In this document: positions 1 through 12,829 of the stretch, in pieces
How positions within the stretch are numbered: position 1 is the stretch's first letter
How the letters are laid out: every line of letters starts with the position of its first letter
Source of the DNA: Camelus dromedarius
Taxonomy: Eukaryota
NCBI RefSeq assembly: GCF_036321535.1
Contig: NC_087437.1
Location: 7,564,001 to 7,628,000 of the forward strand
Direction of reading: 5' to 3'
Length of the DNA: 64,000 nucleotides
Notes under the pieces: model-generated
Told to the model about the DNA's origin: nothing
Database searches by the model: none
What the model saw: the letters and a program-made list of their open reading frames with translations, nothing else
Position numbers and translations under genes: made by a program

Positions 1-458
1 TTGTACACCAGCCAGTAACACCATGGCTCGCAAGATGCATAATATTACCAGGTCACAAGTTAGTGGACTTATGAAACATGGGAAAGTATAGCTTAAGTGT
101 ACATGAACTATATATAGAATACTTCTCTACTCTAAAAGAAATTTTGTAGTGAAACTTTTTTGTTAGTTAACACAAGTCTCACAAATATGAAAAATTCTTT
201 TAATGAAATGTCAAATCCCCATTTCTTAAGAAAATTGATGATGAATGTGTGTCTGAAAGAAAATGTTGACATTTATATCTATCATGGGTGACCGCATTGG
301 GGCAGTATTATTGACTTCATTAAAATCAGAAGCCACAAATCTGCTGAATAAGCATCAGCATGTTTTTAAAAAATCAGTAGCTGATTTAAGAAGACTATAC
401 CTGCAAATAATGATTCATTCCACAGAAGGTATCTTGGACATACTGCTCTGTGTAGCAG

Positions 459-985
459 TGTTACCAAGTCCAATCTCATACTGCTTGCCCCATGACAGGC
501 CAATAAGTTGAGAGACAAGGTGTTAGGCAGGGAATGAATAGTGACATTATTTGGAAAGCCAGCAGACCAAGAAGATGGTGGACTAGTGTCCCAAAGAACC
601 ATCTTACCCAAGTTAGAATTCAAACTTCTTTTATACTAAAAGCAGGGAGAGTGCTTCTCATTGTTGTAAATTTCTTGGTATAGGAATCCTTTATTCTTGC
701 AGCTGTCCGTGTAGGTCTGGTCACAGTGTTCCTATAAAACTCCAATGAGACAATTGCTGATTTCTTTTCTGCAATGTTTTATCTCTGTATGAATGGAAAA
801 GTGTTATACCTTTAAAGGTCAAGCCTGGGAGGCAGAGCCTTGAGAATGAGCTCTCCTGTATATTTCAAGCTATAGGCAACATTCTTTTACAAAAGGTGCA
901 GAGTGATTAAGCCCAGGCAACATGGCACAAAGTTTACAGCTAAAGGAATAGATCCAATGTGGAGTCAAGTTTGTTCTCTGTTATA
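459..985 (-). mobile_element. Solo LTR, ERV1-class
   Basis: Ends TGTTAC...TGTTATA (TG..CA-type termini, one decayed), 527 bp, flanked by a 4-bp TSD GCAG (455-458) / GCAT (986-989). The host hAT sequence resumes exactly after it. Confidence 0.8.
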
Positions 986-1039
986 GCATGACTTTTCATT
1001 TAGATCAAAGAACTGACATTCTAAATTAATTGTATGCAT

Positions 1040-1392
1040 TCATTTTTTTGACGAGGTTTATAATGGTATAATTTATATACAATAAAATCATCCCTTTTAT
1101 GTGTAGACTTCAGTGAATTTTGCAAAATGTGTACAGCCATATAACCACAACCACAATCAAGATTTGGAACAGTATCTCCTCCCCTCAGAAAACTAATACC
1201 CTCCCCCATCTTCCAGTTCCTAGGGACAACTAATTTGTTTTCCACCCCAATGTTTTTGCCTTTCCTAGGATGTAAGATTAATGAAATCATATAGTACATA
1301 GCTCCCTGCTCCCCAGCCCTGGCTTCTTTCCCTTAGCATAATGCTTTTACAATTAATTAATTTTTTGCATATGTCTGTAGTTTTATTGTTGA
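1040..1392 (-). mobile_element. Old L1 3' end fragment (L1MB/L1MC-like)
   Basis: T-run followed by the typical antisense L1 3'UTR text (tataatttatatacaataaaat...aaccacaaccacaatcaagat...ggcttctttcccttagcataatg). Confidence 0.8.
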
Positions 1393-1755
1393 AAATTTCA
1401 TTCAGTTTTGATTTTGAGTTTTCTTATACATGTAGAAAAAAATGAGGCAACAGTGGATAATGTATTGTTTCTATAGTAGAAGAACTTATCAAGTATTAAT
1501 ACCATCAAGGTTTTCAGTAGAAAATCAGTTAATTTTAATAGTACTTGAGTTTGCACATCAAATTCATGGATATAAATAAAGCTTTCCAAAGTTGAGTTTA
1601 TAGAAGGTAAATCACATAGTATTGTAAATCCTATTGTAAATTCAGTTAAATGGATCACTAAAAATAAAGTTACTTATTTTGTGGTGACAAGACATGTAAA
1701 TTTTGGTAGAGCAGAGTGTCACAGTAAAGGCAGTGTTTATTACATTAAAAAGTAT

Positions 1756-3128
1756 ATAGACAGTCTCTTCAGCAAATGGTGTTGGGAAAACTGGACAGCA
1801 GCATGTAAATCAATGAAGCTAGAACACTCCCTTACACCATACACAAAAATAAACTCTAAATGGATCAAAGACTTAAACATAGACAGGATACAATAAGCCT
1901 CCTAGAAGAAAACATAGGCAAAACATTATCTCACATACATCTCAGCAATGTTCTTCTAGAGCAGTCTACCCAGACAATAGAAATAAAAGCAAGAATAAAC
2001 AAATGGGACCTAATTAAATTTACAGGCTTTTGCACAGCAAAGGAAACCATAAGTAAAACAAAATGACAACCTACGGAATGGGAGAAAATTTTTGCAAACG
2101 ATGAGACCGACAAAGGCTTGATCTCCAGGATATATAAGCAGCTCACATGACTTAATAAGAAAAAAACAAACAACCTAATTCAAAAATGGGCAGAAGACCT
2201 AAAAAACCAATTCTCCAATGAAGACATACGAATGATCAATAGGCACATGAAAAAATGCTCAATATCACTAATTATCAGAGAAATGCAAATCAAAACTACA
2301 ATGAGGTATCACCTCACACCAGTCAGAATGGCCATCATTCAAAAGTCCACAAGTTATATATGCTAGAGAGGATGTGGAGAAAAGGGAACCCTCCTTCACT
2401 GCTGGTGGGAATGCAGTTTGGTGCAGCCACTGTGGAAAACAGTATGGAGATTCCTCAAAAGACTAGGAATAGACTTACCATATGACCCAGTAATCCCACT
2501 CCTGGGCATATATCCAGAAGGAACCCTACTTCAAAAAGACACATTCACCCCAATGTTCACAGCAGCACTATTTACAGTAGCCAAGGCATGGAAACAGCCT
2601 AAATGTCCATCAACAGATGACTGGATAAAGAAGATTTGATATATTTATGCAATGGAATACTATTCAGCCATAAAAACCGACAACATAACGCCATTTGCAG
2701 CAACATGGATGTCCCTGGAGAATGTTATTTTAAGTGAAGTAAGCCAGAAAGAGAAAGAAAAATATCATATGAGATCATTCATATGTGGAATCTAAAAAAA
2801 AAGGAAAGAAAAAGACAAATGGACATAAATATAAAACAGAAACAGACTCAGACATAGAATACAAACTTGTGGTTGCCAGAAGGGAGGGAAGAGGGAAGGG
2901 ACAGACTGGGGGTTTGAAATTTGTAGGTGCTGACAGGTATATATAGAATAGATAAACAAGATTATACTGTATAGCACAGGGAAATATGTACAAGATCTTT
3001 CACGGTGAAAAAGAATGCAACAATGAATATATGTTATGTTCATGTATAAGTGAAAAATTGTGCTCTACACTGGAAATTGACACAACATTGTATACTGACT
3101 ATAACTCAATAAAATAAAAAAATTTTTT
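1756..3128 (+). mobile_element. 5'-truncated young L1 (ORF2 C-terminus, 3'UTR, A-rich tail)
   Basis: ORF track gives L1 ORF2 peptides ([11 protein letters not shown]...[44 protein letters not shown]) with frameshifts. AATAAA and tail near 3108-3122. TSD AAAGTAT at 1749-1755 and 3129-3135. Confidence 0.95.
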
Positions 3129-4989
3129 AAAGTATGTGGAGCAGGAAGAAACGTGCTTGCCCTTGGTTGTGGTGTATGCATAGCATATTTTTGTGTCCAA
3201 AAATAGTGGTATTCTATCAATCACTCTAGTAGCTGTAATGGTCAAAGTTACCAAATATTTTTATGCACAAAGAATTGGTTACCGTAGTTAAACTATATAT
3301 TTGTTAACACGAAGAACATTTGGCATGGCAGTACGTGGTTTTTCTTTTCACTGCCGTCATCAGTCAGAATTTTTAAATGCCTGAGCCTTTGAATGAGTGC
3401 TTTGTAAAACAATCTAAGTGTCCAGCTGTTATTAGTCTTTCTGAGTGAGCCTCTTATATTTTCTTTGTGTTTTATTTGAAATCACTTGAAAATATTTAAT
3501 CAAAGTATTTAATGAACAGAATATTAAAAACTTCATTTTAGTGGACAGCAAGTATTGTAAATAAACCTTAAAGTTAGAAATACATTGAAATGTATCATTA
3601 GATAACCAAGGGGAAAAATTAAACAATAAGAGCTCAAACTATGTGCTAGATTTAACTTGAAATTTAAGAATTTTCCCTTGGAATATTTCATCTTGGAAAA
3701 CTCTTTCGATGAAGCTTCTATATTTAATTGGATAAAATTTTGTTTATTACTGAAATTGAATACAGTTGAAAGTTTTCTGATTTTTCAGTACCTACATTTG
3801 GCAAAACACTAAAAAGTATCAGGGAGATACCTTTTATGATAGTTTTTTTTTATAATGGGAATTTTTGGAAGGTAATTAACCTGTAAAGAAAAATGGAAGG
3901 ACCAATGAGGTATTTGGACTGAAATATTTACACTTTCAACATAAAACATAGAATTGAGAGATTCTCAATACATAGCAAAATTCTGGGGAAAACTAGAATT
4001 GAGAATATTCTCTATTTAGCAAAATTTGTTCTCTGCCTACAGGGTATTTCAGCAACTTCAGAGTATGTTTTCTATTAAAAATTTAATGGTCTGGAGCAAA
4101 GGATTAATTGAAGGTGCCCACAATTTTAAAGTTATTGGCCATAAAATGCACCATTGTGGGGAATTACAGGCAATTTTATGAAAAAAAAAAAAAGTAGATA
4201 CAAAAGAGATATTCTTCAGACAAATACCAGCAACTTGGTATAATAGGCAAATATGGCTAAGTATGTGACAAATATGTGAAAATATAATGAAAAATCATTG
4301 TGCTTATGTTATCATTTTATATTCTGGCACATAATTTCACAGAGATCATTTTACGTTTCAAAAATAGTTCTGGAAAAAAGAAAGGTGATAGGATCACGGA
4401 TAGAATGGAGCCAGTTAAAAATTTATTTTTAAATACTTTAAAAATTGTACAATTTTATTCCTTGATACCTATTTTCACTTTCAAAGGCGTCCCTAAGTCA
4501 TCCTGTGTTCTGCTCACTTCATGACAAGATTTTCGCAGCTCTTTAAAATACGGTTTTTTTGATCTGCCCCAGGTCGCCAAGTACATACTTCTTTAAATTA
4601 GACGTTTTACATAATTTACTTTTGATATTATCTTCTGAGGTAAGTTGTTGAAATTGGGGAAGAATTTATTCCCCAATTTTAATTGTTAATATAAATGATA
4701 AATAAATAGTCAGTGGTTTATATAATCCTGTTTGCTATGTCTTTAATTTCGATACCAGAAACCTTGGGTGGAAATGACTTGGGTCTCTGCTGGCCTGTGA
4801 TTGCTCCTAAATATTTTTATTGTCCTTATTTTAGAGAAAAGGGGGCAGAGGACCCCAGAAAGCCTCAGTATTTTGTCTTAAACTAGTCACGAGAAGGCTG
4901 CATTCACTGTCATCCTTCAGTTGCAAAACCTATGTTCTTCCTTCAGCTTTACTCTGATTTTACTTTGAAAGAAGAAAAGGGGAGGAGAA

Positions 4990-5185
4990 TTGACATTTAA
5001 TGAGTAACCATGAACACAGTGCTATGTTTGGGGTCTTCACCTATGTTAGTTTATTTAGTCTTTGCAATACTGCCAGGTGGATGTGTTTATTCCTACTTTG
5101 TGGGCAGAGAAACTGAAGCTCAGAAAGGGAGAACACATTGTCAAAAGTCACACACTTTATCAGTAGTGAAGCTGGAATTTATACA
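4990..5185 (-). mobile_element. MIR SINE remnant
   Basis: Antisense MIR core gagaaactgaagctcagaaaggg...gtcacaca...gctggaattt. Confidence 0.7.
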
Positions 5186-5559
5186 TATTCTTTTGATAAT
5201 AGCAATCTGTTTTTAGTAAAAAGATTTAAAAAATGGAGCTAAATTGTAAGTCATTAAATTTATATGATTACGATCTTAATGGTTATGGTTGACTTCACTT
5301 TGAGACAGACAGTTTTTGTGCTTTTTAAGAGTACGCCTCTTGAGAAACTCAATTTAGAAAGTTGCAAAGTGGCAGTGTTTTATAAACAGCATTTAGTGGA
5401 TTATCCAGGAATTTACTTCCCTCGTCAGAATAAATACCAAAAATGGTTCTTATTTGAGGGGTCATGGACATTGGTGTTGGAGATTATTTAAGTGCTGCAA
5501 ATCAGAGTTATCTATAGAATAATGTCACAGTAACTTGAATTTAAAAAAGCTTCTGGCCA

Positions 5560-5770
5560 ATCAGTTGCTACTTAGGAATGGGAGGGGGTGGAGAAGGATG
5601 GAATTACAAAGGAGCATGAGGAAGCTTTTGAGGTTAAAGGCTATGGTCCCTGTCTTGACTGTGATGATGATGTTTTGGGTACATACATCTGTTAGCCTTA
5701 TCAAATTATACATTCTAAATATGTGCAGTTTCTTGTATATGAATTGTACTTTAATAAGGCTGCTAAAAAT
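5560..5770 (+). mobile_element. Old L1 3' end (L1MC/L1MD-like)
   Basis: caaaggagcatgaggaagcttttg...tcttgactgtgatgatg...aaatatgtgcagttt...tactttaataaggctgctaaaa. Confidence 0.8.
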
Positions 5771-7599
5771 GCTTTCCTGGGTGGTAGTGGGAAGAGGGAT
5801 GTTGAAGAAAAGAAATTCTGGTCCTGGGTAAAGTTCATCTGACATGTTCTTAACCTCCTGTTTCTTTGGCTCCCTTGTTTAACGGTTCCCCAAACTCCGT
5901 CTCCAGCCCATCCACTCACGTGTGTACACACATGCACGCGCGTGCATACACAACTATTTATAATTCAGTATTGCTTTGATTCAATGTTGATTGCTCCTGA
6001 AATATAATGTCTTATATAATGTCATAGTTTCTCAGGCTTAAAGAGTTTACCACATTTTCCAATATCAGAGAGTTAGATGGGGAAGAGATTTGGAGAATGT
6101 TGTGAAATGGGTCGTGTTTTTTTCCATGAACAGGCTTACGAATGCTCCGAGTTGAATGTTCAGCCTCTTTTAGTAAATGTACAAGTTCTTGTGGCATGGA
6201 TGTTAAGAAAAGGTAATATTCCCGGCCACTGAGCACCTTTATCCATCTTACTTGTTCCAATTTCCTCCCTTATATGTTGTTATAAATTATATATATATTT
6301 TGTGATCCATATGAATGATTTCATTTTTGGAGCAATTTGTCATATAAATAAACATGAGTTTTAAGAAAAAAAATTTTTCTTGCTTTCTGAGAGGCTTTTT
6401 TCACTGGTCTGGAGTTTTTAAGGTTAAATTAGGTCCTTTGGAGGATGCAGCTCATATTTTTTGCCCCTAGTCATTCATTTCTCTGTATCTGTTTATTTTT
6501 CAGTGACTAGTAAGGTAAAAACTAAGATTCAGGGGAAAATGGATGATCCCTGCTTGCAGCAGATTTTTCAAGTTGTCATTTGTTGAGATTTGATGCAAAC
6601 AGTAGAGATACATGGCTTTCCTTCAGTTCCTCTTCAGTGTTCACATAGATACGCAGGAGCTTGAATCTATAAACAAGTGAGGCCACCAGGAGTAAGATGC
6701 CATGAATGACAGATCTCCTCTGATGACTAAATGCACATACATGATTGCACATATACTTTTCAATCCGTGTCTGTGACATTTTTTTGAAGTGAGCAAAGAA
6801 GCGTGCTGATTGCTTCCACTGCCAAGTTTACAGAGAAAATGAGACATATCTCCTTAACTCAAGGGAGAGAGGGTTGCCTATGGAAAGTGAGAAGCTGAAA
6901 TTGGTTTTGAAATCCACAAGAGGAGCTCACAGGTGACTTTGCTGGGTCAGTGGGTTGATGTTGATGAGCTGGTTGAGTTTTCTCTGCTCACTCAGTTGTG
7001 AAGGGTCTCCATGCTTAACGTCTCCAGGAACTTGACAGCACTGGCACTCAAAATGTGACAGTGGGGTCATCTCATCTGAGCGTGGCGGTCCCCTTCCTCA
7101 GCGATGCAGGACCTAGAAGGAAAGGCTTCACACTGTGTAGATAGTTGCTGTTTGTCAGGGGGATTTCTAGGTAAAGATGTCTTTGCCTTTGTCCTGATGT
7201 TTGTTGCTTCCTTTGATTACCTTCCTGGGTTGAGCAAGTTGCATAAAAGTAAAACTCTTATAAATCATGCCGCCTCTTAGTACCTAGTTAATCTTCACAA
7301 CAAATTTTACTCAGACCTAGAGCTCAAAGAAAGAGGTAGGCCTGTTCACACTAGTATTATTTTATCACAATTATTTTTCACTTACCTATGTGTCTCCCAC
7401 ACAAGAATACATACCTCTTGTCTTTTTATGATTGTCTGGTGCCTTGCAGAATGCCAAAAACATGATAGACAAAAATAATTACTGAAAAATTTCTAACTTG
7501 GAAAGTATGAAACAAGAAGTATAGAGAGTTTTTCTATTCAACTACTGGGGGGTTTTCCAAATTCCTTGATCACTCAGATTCAGGAATCATTTTGTCACC

Positions 7600-7845
7600 A
7601 TGACACCTCCCACTTATTGGGCTGTTATTAAGTACTAGTCTCTCTGCTAAGCATGTTTGATACGTAAGTTCATTTAATTCACACAACCACCTTACATGAT
7701 ATTAACCACATTTTCATCTTACAAATGAAGAAACTGGAGTTCAAAGAAGTTACACAATTTGTCCAGGCGTCACAGCTGAAAAGATATCAGAGTCAAGATT
7801 CAAACTCGGATCTGCCTTGTTTTAAGCCTGAGCTACCACCCCCAC
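7600..7845 (-). mobile_element. MIR SINE remnant
   Basis: catttaattcacacaacc...ttacaaatgaagaaactggagttcaaagaagtt...gattcaaactcggatctg. Confidence 0.75.
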
Positions 7846-10419
7846 CCTCACTTACCAAGTAACTCTTCTTGATTTAAATATGTATTGATTATCTACCACG
7901 TGCTGACAACGTATGAAAGCTTGTGCTTCCCCCACTGTAGAAAGCAGGGAAACAGTTCAATCAATCAAACTACTTTATTTTTCTTCCTAATTAAAATTGT
8001 GAGGCAGATCTATGGTGTTTACAGCACACTCGGCTCCTCATATTTCAGTTCTTTGCTCACTTTGTCAATGTTTCATGGAGACAAAGGGTGTAGAGAAGAG
8101 AGGGCAGAGGAGAAAGGCACAAACTCTATGTGGACATAACAAATCATGGCAGAGGGAAACACTGAGTCATTCACGTGAGCTGTTCACAATGTATGATTCA
8201 AGAGAAAATGCTAGCAAATTTAGACTCATATTTAAATAAATGCACCCAAGAACAAAGGAATTACACATATGACCATGATTCTCAACATCACTGCCTGTGC
8301 TGTGTCTTGCAGTTCATCCTGGTTAAAAACACCTCTTTTTGCTTCCCCAGGACTTACATGCACACAAATTCTTGACAACTGTTCATGAGGTTTGGCGTCC
8401 CAAAGTCCCCACTGGTGACTTTCCTGATCTTCAATCTGTCCTAGAATGTAGTACCTGCGTGTCACACTGTCCTGTCCTATCACCCCTGCGACATCCTGGT
8501 GACTCCTCCGCCTCATCTGCCCCCACCCCCACATTGTCTCATTCTCTTTCTTCTCTGTTCTATAGCTAAAAATAAATAAATAAAAAAAAAAGAGAAAGAA
8601 AGGGCTGGGGGGCAGGTACCGTGACACAGGTCATGTTTCCTCCTTAGTGGCTCCCCTCGGTCTGCATGTCTGCATGGGGGTTCCTTCCCCCAGCTCAACA
8701 GTCTTCAACATCTTAGAAAGCAAGGGTATTTTGAAGGATTTTTTTTTCTGTACATTTTCAAATACATTTGAAGAGAAGAACTTTTTAAACCACAAATACG
8801 GTGATTTCCTTGATAAAAGTATTAAAAATGCCTCCAAAGGGTTCTACAAACATGAAGAATTAAGCTTCATCAGTTCTCTTGGCAAGTTCTCCGTGTTCCC
8901 TCCTTCTGCTTTTAGGGGGGTGGGAAAATGTCTTGGGTGAGGTCGTGCAGGCTAGTCAGTAGTCAAAGATTTACTTTAAAAGTTCTAATTTAGACCTTTT
9001 TCAAAATTTTAAGGAATACTGATTTTTTTTTATGTTCACAGTCTTAAGAACTAAATCAAAATTGAATTTTCACGTTTTCACGAGTTCATTTTCCCATTGT
9101 GTCTTAAAGCATAATTCCTTATCAGTTTGCCTGACATTTATTACATTCTTTAGAATGTAGTTAATAAAAAATAGTCACTATCGTCAAGGAGGTGATTTCT
9201 AGCATAGGTGATGGAGATGAGCGTTATTGCCAACAATAAAGTCTGTATAGTGTTATAATGGAGAAACATATAAAATTTGAATTATTTTTGATTTCTATAT
9301 AGTAAAAATTTTACGCCTGTTTTCTTTAAGAAAAGGAATTTTTGAGTCTAAAATTGCTTTGTTTCTGTTAGCGCAAAGTATTGCAAAAGAAAGAACTACA
9401 CCAATGTACCCCTTTGAATTAGACACCAGTCATTTTGTGTTTTATTCTATAGAGTCTTTGACCAGCTAGTCAAAATATGGTTTCTTCTTTTTCTCCCTTT
9501 TTTTTTTTTTTTTTTTTTTTTGATGATGAATCTTTACCCTAGATAAGTTTTACAGGACATCATCACACTGGGTTAAATACTTTCTGAGTTCATACTTTTG
9601 ATAATGGATTAGCTTGGTCTAAATATAGCAATCCAGAAATACCTTGTTAGCATTTAGCTAAAAATATATGAATTTGAAGAAGTTCATGATTTGTAACATG
9701 CAGAATAATTGTTTTGTTATTTTATAAGTCACACTTTTTTGTTCTGTACACATTCTTTTATATCAGTCCGTAAATTGGCAATGAATATGTCATAATTATT
9801 ATAATTTTGAGTATGTGACTTTAAGTTGTTAAGATGCCACTTTATGGTAATGTTTTCTATAAACTCTATGAGAATGTGAAGCCTAATTCTGCTGCACCTT
9901 CTAGTATGTTTCTTCTGGAAATGCTATAATATCACCTTTGATCGCTTCTGAAATGAAATTTGGTTTGTCATCTTGCTTTTTCGGTTGATCATATATTTAT
10001 TCAATTAAATGCAAAGACTGATTGTAAATTGGTTCTCCTAATACTGTGACATTTCAGCAGGGGAAAAAAATCTGTGGGCTATTTATATTTACATTTGAAT
10101 TCAAGTATAAGTTCCCATTAGAGTACCCAGACTTCACATTAGACAATTTCCTCAGCTAATACATTTTCAGCATATGTGTGGGAGTTTAGGATCAATTTAG
10201 CTACATTATTAGCTTGTTTAGAAGTAATGCTACCTAAAATGATAAAAATTCAAATCATGATGTCAGTACTTCCTCTTGACTTGGTTCCTATTCCTAGGAT
10301 TTTCTCAGAAAATATGTGCTGCTGAGTTGGGAGTAAAATATTTGTTCTCCTCTTGTCCTTGAATCTCTCCCTCTGGTTTTACTCTCAGGCAGCTTCAGAA
10401 GGCCTTCTCTGGCAAAGCC

Positions 10420-10545
10420 CTAAAAGAGGCTTGAAGAATTATCTTGTTTCAGCTTCTTATTTGAAGATAAGGAAAGTGAGGCTCAGAAAGCATCATGACT
10501 TGCCCAGGGTCACGTAGCTGGTTAGGACCCATGCTTTTTATCCAA
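10420..10545 (-). mobile_element. MIR SINE remnant
   Basis: agataaggaaagtgaggctcagaaag...gacttgcccagggtcacgtagctggttag. Confidence 0.75.
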
Positions 10546-11231
10546 TGTCATGTCCATTCTATAGGTGAATAAGTGAAATTGACAGGACACTCGACTTTGA
10601 GATTCCAAAGTGTCTTCTCTACGTAGACTTTTATTCCATGGGAATTGACTTTTAAGATAGGAAACACCTTAGAAGTCATGAGATTTGCTTGGGCAACAGT
10701 GACTAAAATGATGAATTTGGAGTATTTTCTTTGAAATGACCATTCTGCAAGCATTGTAAAGTTGAGGTTAGACAGTCGTAGAAAAAATGGAAATGTTGTG
10801 AAGACAATAAAAAGCAGCAGACCTATTAAGATTTAAAATAGGATTCTGAATCTTCCGTATTTCCCATAATAGTCAGTATCTACCTTGGATAAGAACATTC
10901 TAAGAATACTCTGTAAGAGTTCTTTTCCTATTAGGTACTAACATCCTTGCTTATTGGTTGAGTTCTAAGCCTGATACTGAATGTTATGCTTGTTCCATTG
11001 GGCACCACTCTTCTCTTAGATTAGAATCTTCTTCATTGCTCTCTGGAGCAAAAGTGACCTATAGTATCCATCCCTGAAGGTGGACACAAGGCAGAGAAAG
11101 AAGAATCTCTTTTTAATTTTAATCTTGGAAAGTTAAAAGTATCTTATTGAATCAGTGTTCTGGGATTTGGGATAAGGTTCCACTATCCAAAACTAATAAA
11201 AAATTGATGCTAAGTTAAATATCTGTGTTCC

Positions 11232-11350
11232 GAAGTAGGTGGTATAGCTCAGTGAAGGAACACAAGCTTGGCATGCACAAGGACCTGGGTTCAATCCCCA
11301 GTGCCTCTGTTAAGGAGAAAAAAACTAAAAGCGAAAACAACAAACACACA
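11232..11350 (+). mobile_element. tRNA-derived SINE (camelid Vic-1-like, short form)
   Basis: Pol III A box (ggtatagctcagtg) and B box (gggttcaatccc), A-rich tail, perfect 15-bp TSD AAATATCTGTGTTCC at 11217-11231 and 11351-11365. Confidence 0.92.
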
Positions 11351-11714
11351 AAATATCTGTGTTCCACAAGGCATGACTCTGTTGTTGTCTTTGTGGGTAG
11401 TCTTGGCCATAGAGTGATGTTTCTTCTTATAAGCTTACAGCAACATTCCAGTGCCTTCCTTTGGGGACACCATATGAACTGGACAGAGCACTATTCTTGA
11501 AAGCTACCTTCCCTGACCACATTAACGTACAGGAATCTCTCCCCTTTTCCCCAGTATTCATAGCACTTCATTGTACATAGTAATCATTCTGTACTACTTT
11601 GTAATATATATAACTTACCTTGTCATGGTGAGACACTATAAGCTTTTTGAGAGCAGTGTGTTTATTTTTGTAAGTTCAGAGATTTGTTAACTTTCTACCA
11701 AGTCAAAGCAATGA

Positions 11715-12260
11715 TTCATTCAATAAGCATTTATAGAACACCGACCATATGCCAGGCACTATTCTAGGTGCCAGGGACCCAGGAATGAATGATTCAGGAA
11801 AAACCCTTCACTCATGAGGCTTCTATTTCTGATGGTGGAGAGCAGAGAAAATCCTAAACACACAACATGAGTTACGAGAGAGAGAGACAAAGTTAAGAAA
11901 ACATAAGAGAAAAGGGAGAGGAGTAAGTAAGAGGAAAAGAGGCTTATTTCTTTAGATAGGATGATCATTAAAAGACTCATTAAAAATGACCATTAACCTA
12001 ATACTTAAATAATGAGAACAAATGGGCATTGGAAATGTTATGGGTAAGGAGAGATCTTAAGGCAGACAGGGCTGGAGGGGGAGAGAGATAGGAGACGAGT
12101 TCTGAGTGATAAGAAGAGGCTGAATCATGTAGGGCCATACAGGGCCATGGTGGAAAGGAGTTTGAATTATTTTCAGATTGAAATAGGAAGCCAGTATAAG
12201 GTTTTAGGGAACAGAGTGGTATTATCACTTTGGCTGTATTAGGAAATCCCATGATCTCCT
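11715..12260 (-). mobile_element. L2 LINE 3' portion
   Basis: attcattcaataagcatttatagaacaccgaccatatgccaggcactattctaggtgccaggga... followed by the typical antisense L2 body (gggccatggtggaaaggagtttgaattatt...ggaagccagt). Confidence 0.8.
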
Positions 12261-12376
12261 ACTTGATCACATTGTAGATCAACATGAATGGAAGCCAGCT
12301 CTTCATATATTTTATTATCCTCTATGGAGCTGGGTGGAAAGGAATCTACTTGGTGGGTCCCTTTGGATCATGTGGT

Positions 12377-12409
12377 TGTGTGTGTGTGTGTGTGTGTGAG
12401 TGTGTGTGT
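12377..12409. repeat. (TG)n microsatellite
   Basis: Read directly. Confidence 0.95.
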
Positions 12410-12829
12410 ATGAATGTGTCTAGGGGAGGAGTAGAGCTTGGGCTACCCTTCTACATGCATGGGTAGTTACAGATCTGGGAGGCTCGGAGTTGTACTGATT
12501 GAGTCAAAAGGATCTTGATGCCTGAGAGAACATTAGGACTTGAAGGAAGAGATAGATTGTATTTGAAAAAGGAAGTCAAGCAAGCATGGAGGCCGGGGGA
12601 ATGAGGAGGAGCAGACCTGGACCTGGCAGGTAGGGAACTCACTCAGATAGGGCCAACTTGAGAGAGTTTAATGAACCAATGAATTTCTATGTTCTCTTTT
12701 TCCCTCCTTTTTTGGGGCCAAATGCAATATGGACTAGAGTGATGTGGTCTGATCTTATGTAGTCACGTGTTTATAAGGTACACATGCGTACTTTACATGT
12801 ATTGTCATGTGTTTTCCCAGCTATTTCAT

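Larger units (their letters stand above)
1..4505 (+). mobile_element. Fossil hAT DNA transposon (BLACKJACK-like) with degenerate transposase, interrupted by three younger insertions
   Basis: About 4015-4110 reads as a decayed hAT C-terminal dimerisation motif (LAKFVLCLQGISATSEYVF..., cf. SLPGTSAPVERVFS). Segments ~180-458, 986-1030, ~1395-1755 and 3136-4300 match my recall of this family's internal sequence and join across the insertions. 4472-4505 resembles the decayed MER94/BLACKJACK terminus. The 5' end lies before the window. Confidence 0.75.

Noticed and set aside
6136..6212. Alternative frame ...FSKCTSSCGMDVKKR resembling a thrombospondin type-1 repeat
   Set aside because: Lacks the conserved tryptophans and no neighbouring exons complete the domain.
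7856..7934. Minus-strand exon-like segment with good splice signals
   Set aside because: Overlaps an L2-tail-like remnant; only one frame open with no recognisable peptide.
11232..11310. tRNA-like sequences here and at 36687 and 56642
   Set aside because: A-rich tails and TSDs show they are SINEs, not tRNA genes.
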